A stretch of DNA of 28,963 bases from a virus (lineage: Duplodnaviria; Caudoviricetes): the IMG/VR virus record IMGVR_UViG_3300032319_000506, positions 1 through 28,963 of that record, one strand, 5' to 3'. The notes below the pieces were generated by a model that was not told the origin of the DNA, made no database searches, and was given only the letters and a program-made list of their open reading frames with translations. Position numbers and translations under genes: made by a program. Each line of letters begins with the position of its first letter. Position 1 is the stretch's first letter. This document shows positions 1 to 10,890 of the stretch, in pieces.

Positions 1-3000
1 AACATTTATTATGGAAAATTAAATTCTGTAAATGATAATACATCAGGAAAAGGATATGATGTAATTAATTTTTCTGGAATAAGTGTGGAGGACAACTCTG
101 GATCTGGGGCTATTGTAAATGGTTGTATAACAGGAAGTTTAGATAACGTAAAATTATTATCACCAGGAATTGGTTATCAATCAAAACCAAAAATTACTTT
201 AACTGGTGGAAATGGTTCTGGTGCTGTATTGGAATCAAATTTAGTAAAGGCAAGAATTACTTCAAATTTTAAAGCATCTAGTATAAACAGTAATAATATT
301 AATTTTTTACAAAATCACAATTTTGATAATTCAGAAGAAGTTTTTTATAGCAATAATTTAAATACTTCAATATCTCCACTTATTGATGGTTCTTTATATT
401 TTGTTGGAGTAACTAGTACAACACAAATAAAATTATACAATACAAAAAATGATTCTATATCTGGAATTAATACCATTTCAATTAGTGGTATTGGTTATTC
501 TGGAGTTCACACATTAAAGACATTAAAATCAAAAAATACAATAACAAAAATATATGTGAAAAATGGTGGTTCTGGATATTCAAACAGATTTGTATCAATT
601 CCATCCACATTGTCTGCAGATAATCAATCCAATGGAATTAATACTTTTGATGATTATATTTTTGCAAAAAATCATAATTTTAAAAATGAGGATTTGGTAT
701 TATATACAACATCAAATACAGTAATATCTGGATTATCAACTCAAATCAATTACCAAGTAACAGTAGTTGATGAAAATAAATTCAAACTATCAATTTCTAG
801 AGAAAATTATATTAATAAAAAATATGTAAGTTTTGATTCTGTTGGTGTTGGAACTCATAAATTTTCATATCCACCAATTCAAATTAATGTTGAGGCAATT
901 AGTGGAATTACTACCACAATCATAGAACCATCATTGAATCCTATTGTTCTTGGTTCTTTTGATAATGTTTTTATAGAAAATGATGGTAGTAATTATGGAA
1001 CACCAGATATTATAAACTTTCACAGAAAACCACTTGTTTCTGTAAGAAAACAAACATCAGAAGCACTATTAAAACCAGTAATTACTGATGGTTTGATTGT
1101 TGATGTTCAAATATTAAATGCAGGAAAAGGATATGCAAATGATATAGACATTGTTATTACTAGTGAAACTGGAAAATATGCTGAACTATTTCCAATTATA
1201 ATAAATGGAAAAATAACTCAAATTTTAGTCATAAACTCTGGAATAAACTATGATGGCAAAAATACAACAGTAACAATAAAGAAAAGGGGTTCTGATGCAA
1301 TATTTGAAGGTAATGTATTTGAATGGAAAATAAATCAAATTGAAAAAAATAAATCAATTATCAATCCGAATGATGAGGGAATTATTATACCAAACGATAA
1401 TGATGATTTTGGATTGCAATTTATAAATTACTATCCTTCCAAAAAATTAAGAAAAAATTTAAATAATTTTATTAATGATGATGGAACTGAAAATCAACCA
1501 CAAGGATCAACAAATCCATATCAAATTTTAGGTTGGGCTTATGATGGAAATCCTATTTTTGGTCCTTATGGAAAAATAGATGGTAAAATAAAACAATTAA
1601 AATCAAGTTATAATATAATTACCGAAAGTGAAGTATCTAATTTGGTTAATTCAAAGATAAGACCAAATTTTAATGCTGGATTTTTTATTAAAGATTTTTA
1701 TTATGATAAAGTAAAATCTGGTGGTGATTTAGATGAACATAATGGAATTTTTATAAACAATAGTGATTTTCCAAATATCAACTATGGATATTTTCTTAGT
1801 CTGGACGATGAAGGAAAACCAGAATATCCATATTTAATTGGGTCAGAATTTAAAGATTTACCAACAAAAGAAAATTTTGAACCATCATTCAATCAAGAAT
1901 TAAATTTTAATAATTTAGATATAGTAAGAAATACTGGTCCATATTATTTAAATTCCTCATATGCATCTTATGATTTAATTAATAAAATAGAATCAAAATA
2001 CAAACAAGAATTTATAGTAAAACAAATAGATTCTTCTGGTATAAACTCAATATCAATTTATGATCCAGGTGAAAATTATAAATTAGGAGATAATATTATT
2101 TTTGATAATTCTACTTCTGGTGGAACTGGATTGTCTGCTGCAATTTCAAGAGTTAAAGGTAAAGAAATTTCCAACATTCAAATTGGAGTATCTACTTTTT
2201 CTGGTGTTACTTTTATTACAAAAGGAACAAGAGTAAAGGGAATTACAGGAACACCTCACAATTTGATTACAAATGATGAAATTTTAGTTACTTCTATTTC
2301 TTCAAGTCCATATAACTACATTCAAGGATTTAATAAAATATCCGTAAATCAAAAAAGTGTTTCTTTATTGGATAATATTCCCAATCAATCAATTACTGGA
2401 TTAACAACTTATATTAATGTAAATGATATTTCTGGTTTTAATGTAGATGATTTAATTAAAATTGATAATGAAATATTAAAAATTATTAATATTTCATTAT
2501 CAGAATCAAAATTGTTTGTAAACAGATATGAAAATTACACTGGAATTCATACTGCAGGAATTTCATCAGTTACATTACTTCCAAATACATTCACATTCAG
2601 TTCTAAGCAATATGATGATTCGATTATAGAAAATAAAACAACCTACTTTAATCCTAGCAATACAATAGGAATAGGAACAAATGGAACAAATTATTATAAA
2701 TTTGTTGGCATTAAGACTGATTTTGGAATATTTGATGCTGGAACAACAAGTTATATTGGAATCAATACAACTGCATTGAAAATTGGTGATTATGTTTCTG
2801 GAACTTATATTTCTGTTGGAACAACTATTGTAAGTGTTGGAATTGGAAGTATTCAAATTTCACCAAACCACAGTCTTGGTGGGGGAATTTCTACTTCTTT
2901 AGTTACTTTTAATAGATTTGTATCTAATAAATTTGTTCCATCTCGTTCAATTTATATACCAAATCACAACTATCGTACAGGTCAATCATTGACTTATAAT

Positions 3001-6000
3001 GTTGGATTGGGTGGAAATGGTATTGTAGTATCAAATACTGGAACAGGTTCTACATTTAGATTAAGTCAAAATCAAACAGTTTATGCTGTGAATTTGGGTA
3101 ATGATTTTGTTGGTCTTTCTACTTTAGGATTTACAACAACTTCGGGAATTGGATCAACATCAAATTCATTATATTTTAGTTCATCACCAAACACTGGATT
3201 TGCACATTCATTAACAACACAATATTCCAAAATTACCGGAACTTTTGAAAATTATTCTGTAACTGTTTCTACAGCACAAACACATGGATTACAAACAGAA
3301 GATAAAATCAAATTTAATGTATTTCCAAGTTTTTCCAAAATAGTAAAATTGAGATATGACACTACACTTAGGAAAATTACAACTGATTTAATTAATTTTA
3401 ATGCTTTAGTTGGTGTAAACACACAAACAAATGAAATTTCTATAACTGGAAATACATTAAAAACTGGTGATAAAGTTGTATATTATACAAATGGAAATAC
3501 TACTATTGGTGGACTAACAAATAATAGTACTTATTATATTTTAAAGCAAGATCCAGATAAAATAAAATTATCAAAATATCTTTATGATACAACAGTTGGA
3601 ACTTATATTACTTTTACAAGTGTTGGTGCATCTATTCACAGCATTGCACTCATAAATCCACCAATCAGTATCACTAGAGGTGATGTATTGACTTTTGATT
3701 TGAATGATGTTCCTGATATGGATTTGAGATTATATAAAGATCCAAATTTTACTAAAGAAATTGAAAGTTTCAAATATATTGGTAATACTGGAATATCATC
3801 CAATAGAGAATTGAATACTCAAACATCTGATTTTCCAAATGAAATATATTATAATTTAATACCATCAACAAGTTCTTCTGATGTGTTATTACAAATTTCT
3901 TATGATAAAGAAGTTGTTGCAAATAATAGAATTAAAATCATTTCCAGTACATTCAATAATGAATATCCAGTAATAAGAACTGGTATAACATCATTTAAGT
4001 TTAATTTAAATACAAAACCAGAGAATACATTATATACAACTTCTAGTGGAGTATCTACAATTTTTTATGATACAAATTCCAATAATACTTCTGGTCCAAT
4101 ATCAAAAATAAAAGTTAATTTTGGAGGAAAAAGATATAAAAAATTACCAAAAGTATCTTCAATTCAAACTATTTTAGGTAAAAATGCTATTCTTAGAACA
4201 TCATCTTCAACAATAGGAAAAGTTGATTACTTGGAAAGAGTTAAAGATGGTTTTAACTATCCAACAGATGCTACAGTAAGACCTTTCTTAAGTTCTCCAG
4301 CAATAGTTCAAATCAAAGATATTGCAAGAATTGATTATATTGGTATAAAAACTGGAGGAAGAGGATATAATACTGCACCATCATTAAAAGTCATTGGAAA
4401 TGATAAAATAAAATTATCCGCAGAATTACAAAGTGGGAGCATTGTTGGAGTAAAAATTGTTGAAAATACCAATGATTTGGTAAAATCATTAAGAATTGTA
4501 TCCACAAACAATTCTAATGGATATGAGATTGATGATATTGTAGCAGAGAATGATGGTTCAATAGTTACTTTAGAACTATTGAATGATACTCAATTATATC
4601 CATTAATTACCAGTGGATATGGAAAAACAGAAACTGTATTCCCATTTAATATTGGAGATGAAATTTTTATTGAAAAATGCAGGCAAATAGACAAATCAAA
4701 AGATAATTTTAATTCAAAAGATTATGGATATAAGTTCTTCACTGTAACTGGAATAAGTTCAGAAAACTTTACTGTGACTTTTAGTATGACTGGTTCAAAA
4801 GATACATTAAATCTCAATCAGAACAATCGTGAAGGAAATTACTTCAATACCAATGGTTATGGAGTTGTCATCAATAGAAAAGATATGCCTGAGTTTGAAA
4901 TGGTTCTCATTGATGATTTAAGTTATATTTCTGGAGAAAAAGTTACTGGATTTGACAATTCTGGAAATTCAGTATTTTCTGCAACAGTTATCGAGAATGG
5001 ATGGGATAATGATATAAATCAATTGCGATTAATTGATGCAAAGGGTGAATTAGAAGTTGGAAACAAATTAAAAGGTAGTAAATCATTATTAAATGGAACA
5101 GTAGAATTTGTAAATAAGTTTAATTTAAAGTCAACACTTGGAGCAACAAGAGATAAAATAAATGATTCTGGGAATGAAGTTGGATTTTTAAATAACTATC
5201 AACAAAGAATATCAGATAATTTTTATTATCAAAAGTTTTCATATTCAATTAAGAGTGAAGTACCTTATGATGTCTGGAAAGAACCAATTCTTTCTATTAT
5301 TCATCCAGCAGGATTTAAAGAATTTTCTGATTTAGATATAATTAGCACTATTCCCTCAACTGAAACTAAAAATTTAAAAGTTGGGATTGCAAATTCAACT
5401 TTAGATTTACTTATAAATCTTGATGATTTTTCTTCATTTTATACAAGAAATAATTTTTCATTAGTAACAGAAAATGAAGAAAGTTTATTTGAAGATGGTT
5501 CAATTGAAAGAGTAAATATTGGAGCAGAAGAATCAAATGTTGCTGGTGTTGGTATAACTGGACCTATTTTTGGTTTAGCATTGAGATCTTATACTGTAAG
5601 TAAAACAAATAAAGTTTTAATAATTGATGATATTAGCAATCAATTTGATGGTTCAAATGAATATATTTCAATTGGAACAACAACTGCTACATTTAATAGT
5701 TTCTTTCCATATTATATAAATCTTAATACTGATAATTTAAGTGTAGATGATTATGTAGGATTTTCTACTTTACTTATTCCAGACAATACTGTTATTACTG
5801 AAATTGGTGTTGGGAGTGTGAGATTAAATCTTCCACATAAATTAAATCAAGGAAGTCAAACTTCTGATGTAAAAATTAGAAGAAAACTTGCTGGAAATAC
5901 TGTTATTGGAACTAAATCTTTCAAATTAACTAGTAATAAAACTCCTTTATTTTATCGTGAATTTGTTAGTTCTGCTAGTAGCATTGTTAATATTGATGGT

Positions 6001-9000
6001 GATATAATCAATCTCAATAATCACAATTTTCAAACGGGACAGAAAATATTATACTCTTCAATAAATCCAATAACATCAGTAAGTCAAACAAAAATTGGTA
6101 TTGGTACAACATCTTTAGTTGAACCACAATTTGCGACTAAAGAATATGGTGGTGGAATTATAATTGGAGTTACTGGTGGTATTGGAAGTGCAATATTTGA
6201 AAATGGATATAATGTAGCAATTAGCACTACAATTACTGGTATATCAACTTTAATACCTTTTGCATCAAGTAGAATTTATGGATTTGGTAACCCAATTCCA
6301 GCAAACTCAGTTTCTGGTATTGGAACTGGTGCAAAATTTGAAGTTTGGATTACTTATGATGGTTCAGCAACTGGAAATCCAATTTCAACATCTATCATTC
6401 TAAAGGATGGCGGAAGAGGATATGGAATAGGAAATACAGTTTCAATTGCTGGAACTTATCTTGGAGGAACAAATCCAACTAATACATTATCATTTACAGT
6501 ATCTAAAGTTTCGAGTACAGCAATAGTATCAGCAGCAAATTCAACATATACTGGTGTTGCTGGTACTACAACACTTGGTATTGGTTCTGGTGCAACATTC
6601 ATTATTTCAAGAGATTCTGTAGGAAAAATTAGTTCATTACAAGTTTCTAATGGTGGAAGAAATTATTCAATAGGAGTTGTTGGTGTTGGAACTACAACTA
6701 TATCTTCAACTCCTACAGATATTATTAGTATTGCTGGAACATCTATTGGTGGATCTACTCCAGCAGATAATTTATTTCTATCACCAACACTTTTAGGAAC
6801 TGATATTTTACCAGAAGTATTATATGTTGATAAATTAAATGATAATCAATTTAAAGTATCTGGATTATCCACTTCTTTGAATTTAGATATTGTAAGTTAT
6901 GGAATTGGAACTCATTCATTTACTTATAATGAACCAAATTCAAGTGCATTAATTACTATCGATAATATAATCCAATCACCATTATACAGAAGAGGTATTA
7001 CATTATATCCATCAGCATCAATTGGGATTGGCAATACAATAGTTTTAAGATCTGGAATTTCATCATTAACATCTTTGGATGTTTTAATGATTGATTCCGA
7101 ATTAGTTAAAGTTAGATCGGTTGGAATTGGTTCAACTAATAGTATAACTGTTGATCGAGCATTCTATGGTACAGTTGCGACATCTCATACAGTTGGAGCA
7201 GCAGTTACTGTAATGAGAGGTGATTTTAATATAGTCAAGGATGCAATTTATTTTACTGACCCACCATATGGAAAAATAGGACCAGAAAGTCTACAAGTAA
7301 ACTCATCATTCCAAGGAAGAATTTTCTCAAGAAGGTTTGATCCAGGAAATATATCAGATAAAAATTTAATTATTGATGATATTTCTAAAAATTTTACAGG
7401 AAAACAAGATGCAATAGGAATTAGAACAGGAACTCTAAATTCTTCAAGTAAAAATAAAGTCATTGGGATTGATACAACATCTTTAAGTTTAGGAGATATT
7501 TTGAATTTACAATTTACAGAAAATGAATACATCACAAGAAATACAGTCATTCAATCCATAGGTATTGGATCAATCACTATTTCTCCAAATCATAATGTAA
7601 ATACTGGAGTTGCTACAACATCATTTATCATTACAAGATTGAATTTTGTATTAAAATCAAATGGTGAAAATATATCTGGTTTATATTCTGATACAAATAG
7701 TAGTACAGATATAAACAATAATCCATTTATTTTATTAAATAATATTTCCCAAATATCAGATACTGATTTTATAATTGATACACCAGTAAATAATACTATA
7801 AAATTTATAAGTGGTGTTCCAAATGCCGGAAAAATTGTTAGAGTTGCAATTACTACTGGATATGGTTACCAACCACTCGTAGGTGCTTCTGCAACAGTTT
7901 CTGTATCTGCTGCTGGTACAATATCAAACATTTACTTAAATGGTGCTGGAAGTGGTTATAGGATTGCACCAGTAATTAGTGTTGCTTCTACAATTGGAAG
8001 TGGTGCTACAATTACTGCATCAATTGGTTCTGGTGGAACAATTACTTCATTAAGTATTACAAATCCAGGTTCTGGTTATACAAGTTCTTCAAAACCAAAT
8101 ATCAATATACCAATTCCACCAAATTATAGCAATCTTGGTGTTTCTTATGCTAATGGTTCTAGTGGTGTTGGAGAAGGAGCAAAAGTTTCTGTAATTGTTA
8201 GTAATGGTTCTAGTATTACTGGATTCAATTTAGAAGATCCTGGATTTGGTTATAAAGTTGGTGAAGTATTGAGTGTTGTTGGTATTACAACAAATCCATT
8301 AATTGGAATTGGATTTAGTGAATTTAGACTAACCATAACAGAAACATTCACGGATAAATTTGGTGGATTTTATCCAGGTCAATTTGTTAGAATCAATAGT
8401 CTTGCACCGTTTTTTACTGGAAACAAACGTAAATTTTTATTAACAGTTACAAATATTGGTATAACAGATGCATTTTCAGTAAAAACAGTTCCAGGTTCGG
8501 ATTTAAAAGTTGAAAATAACTTTTTTGTTTTTATAAACGACATTCTACAAAAACCAGATCAATCTTATAAGATAATTGGTTCTCAAATAATTTTCAGTGA
8601 AGCACCAAAAGCAAATTCAAAATGTTTAATTTTATACTATAGAGGATCAGAGTTAGATGTAGAACAAATAGATCCACCAAGAACAATTAAAGAAGGTGAT
8701 TCAATTCAAATTGGAGAAAATATATTAAATCCATTTGATAGAGAACAATTTGAACGTGTAGTTAAAAAAATTGTTTCATTTAATTCATTTGATACATTTC
8801 CTTATGATAGTATTGGGATTAGTACCAATTTAAAGGATGCAAGACCTCTTAATTGGACTAAACAAACAAGAGATAGAATTATAAATGGTGTCTTGTATAC
8901 AAAAGGAAGACCAGATTTGAAATCAAGAAACACACCAACAACAAGAATTATAAAATCAGTTGAAAAAAATGATACTACAATATATGTAAATAATGCCTTT

Positions 9001-10860
9001 CCATTGTTTGTAGAAGATATAAGTAGAGGTTTAACAGAAGAATTGAGAGATGTAATTATTATTGATAATAAAACAGTTGATTCTGCATTGGGTATTGCAA
9101 ATGTTTCTGCTGCATCAACTATTTCTAGTATTACAATTACAAATTCTGGTTCTGGATATGATATTTCAAATCCTACGGTTGCAATTTCTTCAGCAATTAT
9201 AACAAAAAAAGATCCAATTTATAATTGGAAAACAACTTCAGGAATAACTACAAATTATGAAATAAAATCAATTACATATGGTAATATTTTTGTTGGAGTT
9301 GGAACAAGCAGTCTCTTAGTTAAGAGTGTAGATGGTATTTCTTGGTCTAATAGTAGTATTGGATATGGAAATTCAATATCATTTACTTCTGTTGCATTTG
9401 CAGGAACAAATACTTATGTTGCTGTAGGTCAGACTGGGAAAATTATAAAAGCAACTGGTATTGGAACTACATTATCTTCTTGGGTAGAATGCAAATTAAT
9501 AAACAGTACTATTAGCACTTTTGGTGTTCCAGATAATCAAGATAGCAATTATAATGGTGAATTTAAAGATATTTCTTATTCTTCATCCAAAAATACTTTT
9601 GTTGTTGTTGGTAAAATTTCTAATTATAATCAAAAATCTCCAATTTTTACTTCAGTTGGAATTGGATCTACACAATTTTTTGAAAAAAATAAAAACAATA
9701 CAAAAAATATAAACTCAATAACAAATAATAATAATATTTTTGTTGCAGTTGGTGATAATGGAACAATCTATTATTCATCAGATACTGATGTTTGGTCTAT
9801 TGTTGGTGATTTATCAAAACCAACTATACAAAATTTAAATAAAGTTATATGGGATGGATCTAAATTTATTGCAGTTGGAAATAATGGATCAATCATAACT
9901 TCACAAAATGGATCAACTTGGTTTTTACAAAACAATGTAAATATTTCACAAAATTTAATAAACATAAAATACTATGATGGTGTTTATGTTTTATTAGAAA
10001 GTAATGGAAATTTATATTATTCTTTTGATTTATCAACTTGGGAAAAAAGATCGACAAATCAATCTAATTCAATTAATGATTTGATCTTCGTTCCATCATT
10101 AAGTTATGAGGGAAGGTATGTTTTAGTTGGTTCTGCTGCAACAATAATGTATTCAGATCCAACTTATAATAGAGCAACTGCAACATCTTCAACTACAAAT
10201 GGTATTGTAACTTCAGTAACAATTACAAATGGTGGATTTGGATATTCACAAGTAAATAGTCCTTCTGTTATTTTTGAAAGTGTAAAACCAAATAAAGAAA
10301 AAGTTATTTCAATAAAAGCAAAAGGTGATTTTGGAACTATTGTTGGTATTAATACCATAGGAATTGGTTTTTCTTCTTTGGAATTTAAATTAAAATCAGA
10401 AACTTATGATAATTCCAATCTTGGTATCGGTTATTCTTCACTTAATACATTTGGTATAACATATAGTCAATTGGAATTGGGTGATTATTTTGTAATTTTT
10501 GATAGTAATGTTACTTCAGGATATGCTTTAACAGGAATAACAACAACTACTGGTATTAGAGTCGGAACAGCAACTACATTTATTGATGGTCTTTATAGAG
10601 TAGAAAATGTTAGTTCAAATCCATCATCTGGAATAGTGACTGTAAGATGTGATTTTGTATTAGTTAATGGTGGTGTAAACAAAGCAATAAATCTTGGAAT
10701 CAATACAACTGGATTCTACGGAAGATATAGTTGGAGTAAAATTTATGATTACCAAAATAGATCAAGAGAAAATCCAAAAAACTTTATTGTAAATACAAAT
10801 GATGGATTGACTGGATTATCTACAGCAGCAGAAGTTTATAGAACTCGTGGTTTGATTTAG
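1..10860 (+). CDS. gp7: Giant gp7-like baseplate wedge initiator (cyanophage-type), 5'-truncated by the window edge
   Basis: Frame 1 has no stop from base 1 (NIYYGKLNSV...), so the GTG at 85 is probably not the true start. It carries the gp7-type motif DNFYYQKFSYSIKS...W...IIHPAGF (~5215-5320) and many GxGY beta repeats, and lies directly upstream of gp8. Confidence 0.8.
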   Translation, partial: NIYYGKLNSVNDNTSGKGYDVINFSGISVEDNSGSGAIVNGCITGSLDNVKLLSPGIGYQSKPKITLTGGNGSGAVLESNLVKARITSNFKASSINSNNINFLQNHNFDNSEEVFYSNNLNTSISPLIDGSLYFVGVTSTTQIKLYNTKNDSISGINTISISGIGYSGVHTLKTLKSKNTITKIYVKNGGSGYSNRFVSIPSTLSADNQSNGINTFDDYIFAKNHNFKNEDLVLYTTSNTVISGLSTQINYQVTVVDENKFKLSISRENYINKKYVSFDSVGVGTHKFSYPPIQINVEAISGITTTIIEPSLNPIVLGSFDNVFIENDGSNYGTPDIINFHRKPLVSVRKQTSEALLKPVITDGLIVDVQILNAGKGYANDIDIVITSETGKYAELFPIIINGKITQILVINSGINYDGKNTTVTIKKRGSDAIFEGNVFEWKINQIEKNKSIINPNDEGIIIPNDNDDFGLQFINYYPSKKLRKNLNNFINDDGTENQPQGSTNPYQILGWAYDGNPIFGPYGKIDGKIKQLKSSYNIITESEVSNLVNSKIRPNFNAGFFIKDFYYDKVKSGGDLDEHNGIFINNSDFPNINYGYFLSLDDEGKPEYPYLIGSEFKDLPTKENFEPSFNQELNFNNLDIVRNTGPYYLNSSYASYDLINKIESKYKQEFIVKQIDSSGINSISIYDPGENYKLGDNIIFDNSTSGGTGLSAAISRVKGKEISNIQIGVSTFSGVTFITKGTRVKGITGTPHNLITNDEILVTSISSSPYNYIQGFNKISVNQKSVSLLDNIPNQSITGLTTYINVNDISGFNVDDLIKIDNEILKIINISLSESKLFVNRYENYTGIHTAGISSVTLLPNTFTFSSKQYDDSIIENKTTYFNPSNTIGIGTNGTNYYKFVGIKTDFGIFDAGTTSYIGINTTALKIGDYVSGTYISVGTTIVSVGIGSIQISPNHSLGGGISTSLVTFNRFVSNKFVPSRSIYIPNHNYRTGQSLTYNVGLGGNGIVVSNTGTGSTFRLSQNQTVYAVNLGNDFVGLSTLGFTTTSGIGSTSNSLYFSSSPNTGFAHSLTTQYSKITGTFENYSVTVSTAQTHGLQTEDKIKFNVFPSFSKIVKLRYDTTLRKITTDLINFNALVGVNTQTNEISITGNTLKTGDKVVYYTNGNTTIGGLTNNSTYYILKQDPDKIKLSKYLYDTTVGTYITFTSVGASIHSIALINPPISITRGDVLTFDLNDVPDMDLRLYKDPNFTKEIESFKYIGNTGISSNRELNTQTSDFPNEIYYNLIPSTSSSDVLLQISYDKEVVANNRIKIISSTFNNEYPVIRTGITSFKFNLNTKPENTLYTTSSGVSTIFYDTNSNNTSGPISKIKVNFGGKRYKKLPKVSSIQTILGKNAILRTSSSTIGKVDYLERVKDGFNYPTDATVRPFLSSPAIVQIKDIARIDYIGIKTGGRGYNTAPSLKVIGNDKIKLSAELQSGSIVGVKIVENTNDLVKSLRIVSTNNSNGYEIDDIVAENDGSIVTLELLNDTQLYPLITSGYGKTETVFPFNIGDEIFIEKCRQIDKSKDNFNSKDYGYKFFTVTGISSENFTVTFSMTGSKDTLNLNQNNREGNYFNTNGYGVVINRKDMPEFEMVLIDDLSYISGEKVTGFDNSGNSVFSATVIENGWDNDINQLRLIDAKGELEVGNKLKGSKSLLNGTVEFVNKFNLKSTLGATRDKINDSGNEVGFLNNYQQRISDNFYYQKFSYSIKSEVPYDVWKEPILSIIHPAGFKEFSDLDIISTIPSTETKNLKVGIANSTLDLLINLDDFSSFYTRNNFSLVTENEESLFEDGSIERVNIGAEESNVAGVGITGPIFGLALRSYTVSKTNKVLIIDDISNQFDGSNEYISIGTTTATFNSFFPYYINLNTDNLSVDDYVGFSTLLIPDNTVITEIGVGSVRLNLPHKLNQGSQTSDVKIRRKLAGNTVIGTKSFKLTSNKTPLFYREFVSSASSIVNIDGDIINLNNHNFQTGQKILYSSINPITSVSQTKIGIGTTSLVEPQFATKEYGGGIIIGVTGGIGSAIFENGYNVAISTTITGISTLIPFASSRIYGFGNPIPANSVSGIGTGAKFEVWITYDGSATGNPISTSIILKDGGRGYGIGNTVSIAGTYLGGTNPTNTLSFTVSKVSSTAIVSAANSTYTGVAGTTTLGIGSGATFIISRDSVGKISSLQVSNGGRNYSIGVVGVGTTTISSTPTDIISIAGTSIGGSTPADNLFLSPTLLGTDILPEVLYVDKLNDNQFKVSGLSTSLNLDIVSYGIGTHSFTYNEPNSSALITIDNIIQSPLYRRGITLYPSASIGIGNTIVLRSGISSLTSLDVLMIDSELVKVRSVGIGSTNSITVDRAFYGTVATSHTVGAAVTVMRGDFNIVKDAIYFTDPPYGKIGPESLQVNSSFQGRIFSRRFDPGNISDKNLIIDDISKNFTGKQDAIGIRTGTLNSSSKNKVIGIDTTSLSLGDILNLQFTENEYITRNTVIQSIGIGSITISPNHNVNTGVATTSFIITRLNFVLKSNGENISGLYSDTNSSTDINNNPFILLNNISQISDTDFIIDTPVNNTIKFISGVPNAGKIVRVAITTGYGYQPLVGASATVSVSAAGTISNIYLNGAGSGYRIAPVISVASTIGSGATITASIGSGGTITSLSITNPGSGYTSSSKPNINIPIPPNYSNLGVSYANGSSGVGEGAKVSVIVSNGSSITGFNLEDPGFGYKVGEVLSVVGITTNPLIGIGFSEFRLTITETFTDKFGGFYPGQFVRINSLAPFFTGNKRKFLLTVTNIGITDAFSVKTVPGSDLKVENNFFVFINDILQKPDQSYKIIGSQIIFSEAPKANSKCLILYYRGSELDVEQIDPPRTIKEGDSIQIGENILNPFDREQFERVVKKIVSFNSFDTFPYDSIGISTNLKDARPLNWTKQTRDRIINGVLYTKGRPDLKSRNTPTTRIIKSVEKNDTTIYVNNAFPLFVEDISRGLTEELRDVIIIDNKTVDSALGIANVSAASTISSITITNSGSGYDISNPTVAISSAIITKKDPIYNWKTTSGITTNYEIKSITYGNIFVGVGTSSLLVKSVDGISWSNSSIGYGNSISFTSVAFAGTNTYVAVGQTGKIIKATGIGTTLSSWVECKLINSTISTFGVPDNQDSNYNGEFKDISYSSSKNTFVVVGKISNYNQKSPIFTSVGIGSTQFFEKNKNNTKNINSITNNNNIFVAVGDNGTIYYSSDTDVWSIVGDLSKPTIQNLNKVIWDGSKFIAVGNNGSIITSQNGSTWFLQNNVNISQNLINIKYYDGVYVLLESNGNLYYSFDLSTWEKRSTNQSNSINDLIFVPSLSYEGRYVLVGSAATIMYSDPTYNRATATSSTTNGIVTSVTITNGGFGYSQVNSPSVIFESVKPNKEKVISIKAKGDFGTIVGINTIGIGFSSLEFKLKSETYDNSNLGIGYSSLNTFGITYSQLELGDYFVIFDSNVTSGYALTGITTTTGIRVGTATTFIDGLYRVENVSSNPSSGIVTVRCDFVLVNGGVNKAINLGINTTGFYGRYSWSKIYDYQNRSRENPKNFIVNTNDGLTGLSTAAEVYRTRGLI

Positions 10861-10861
10861 T

Positions 10862-10869
10862 AATAAATA
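10862..10869 (+). promoter_or_regulatory. T4-type (gp55-dependent) late promoter, aATAAATA
   Basis: The motif lies in the 30-bp gap between the gp7 stop and the gp8 ATG and is followed by an A-rich leader. Confidence 0.7.
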
Positions 10870-10890
10870 GAAAAAAAGTATAAAATTAAA

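Noticed and set aside
85-87. GTG start assigned to the 3591-aa ORF
   Set aside because: The frame is open back to base 1, so the gene almost certainly starts upstream of the window.
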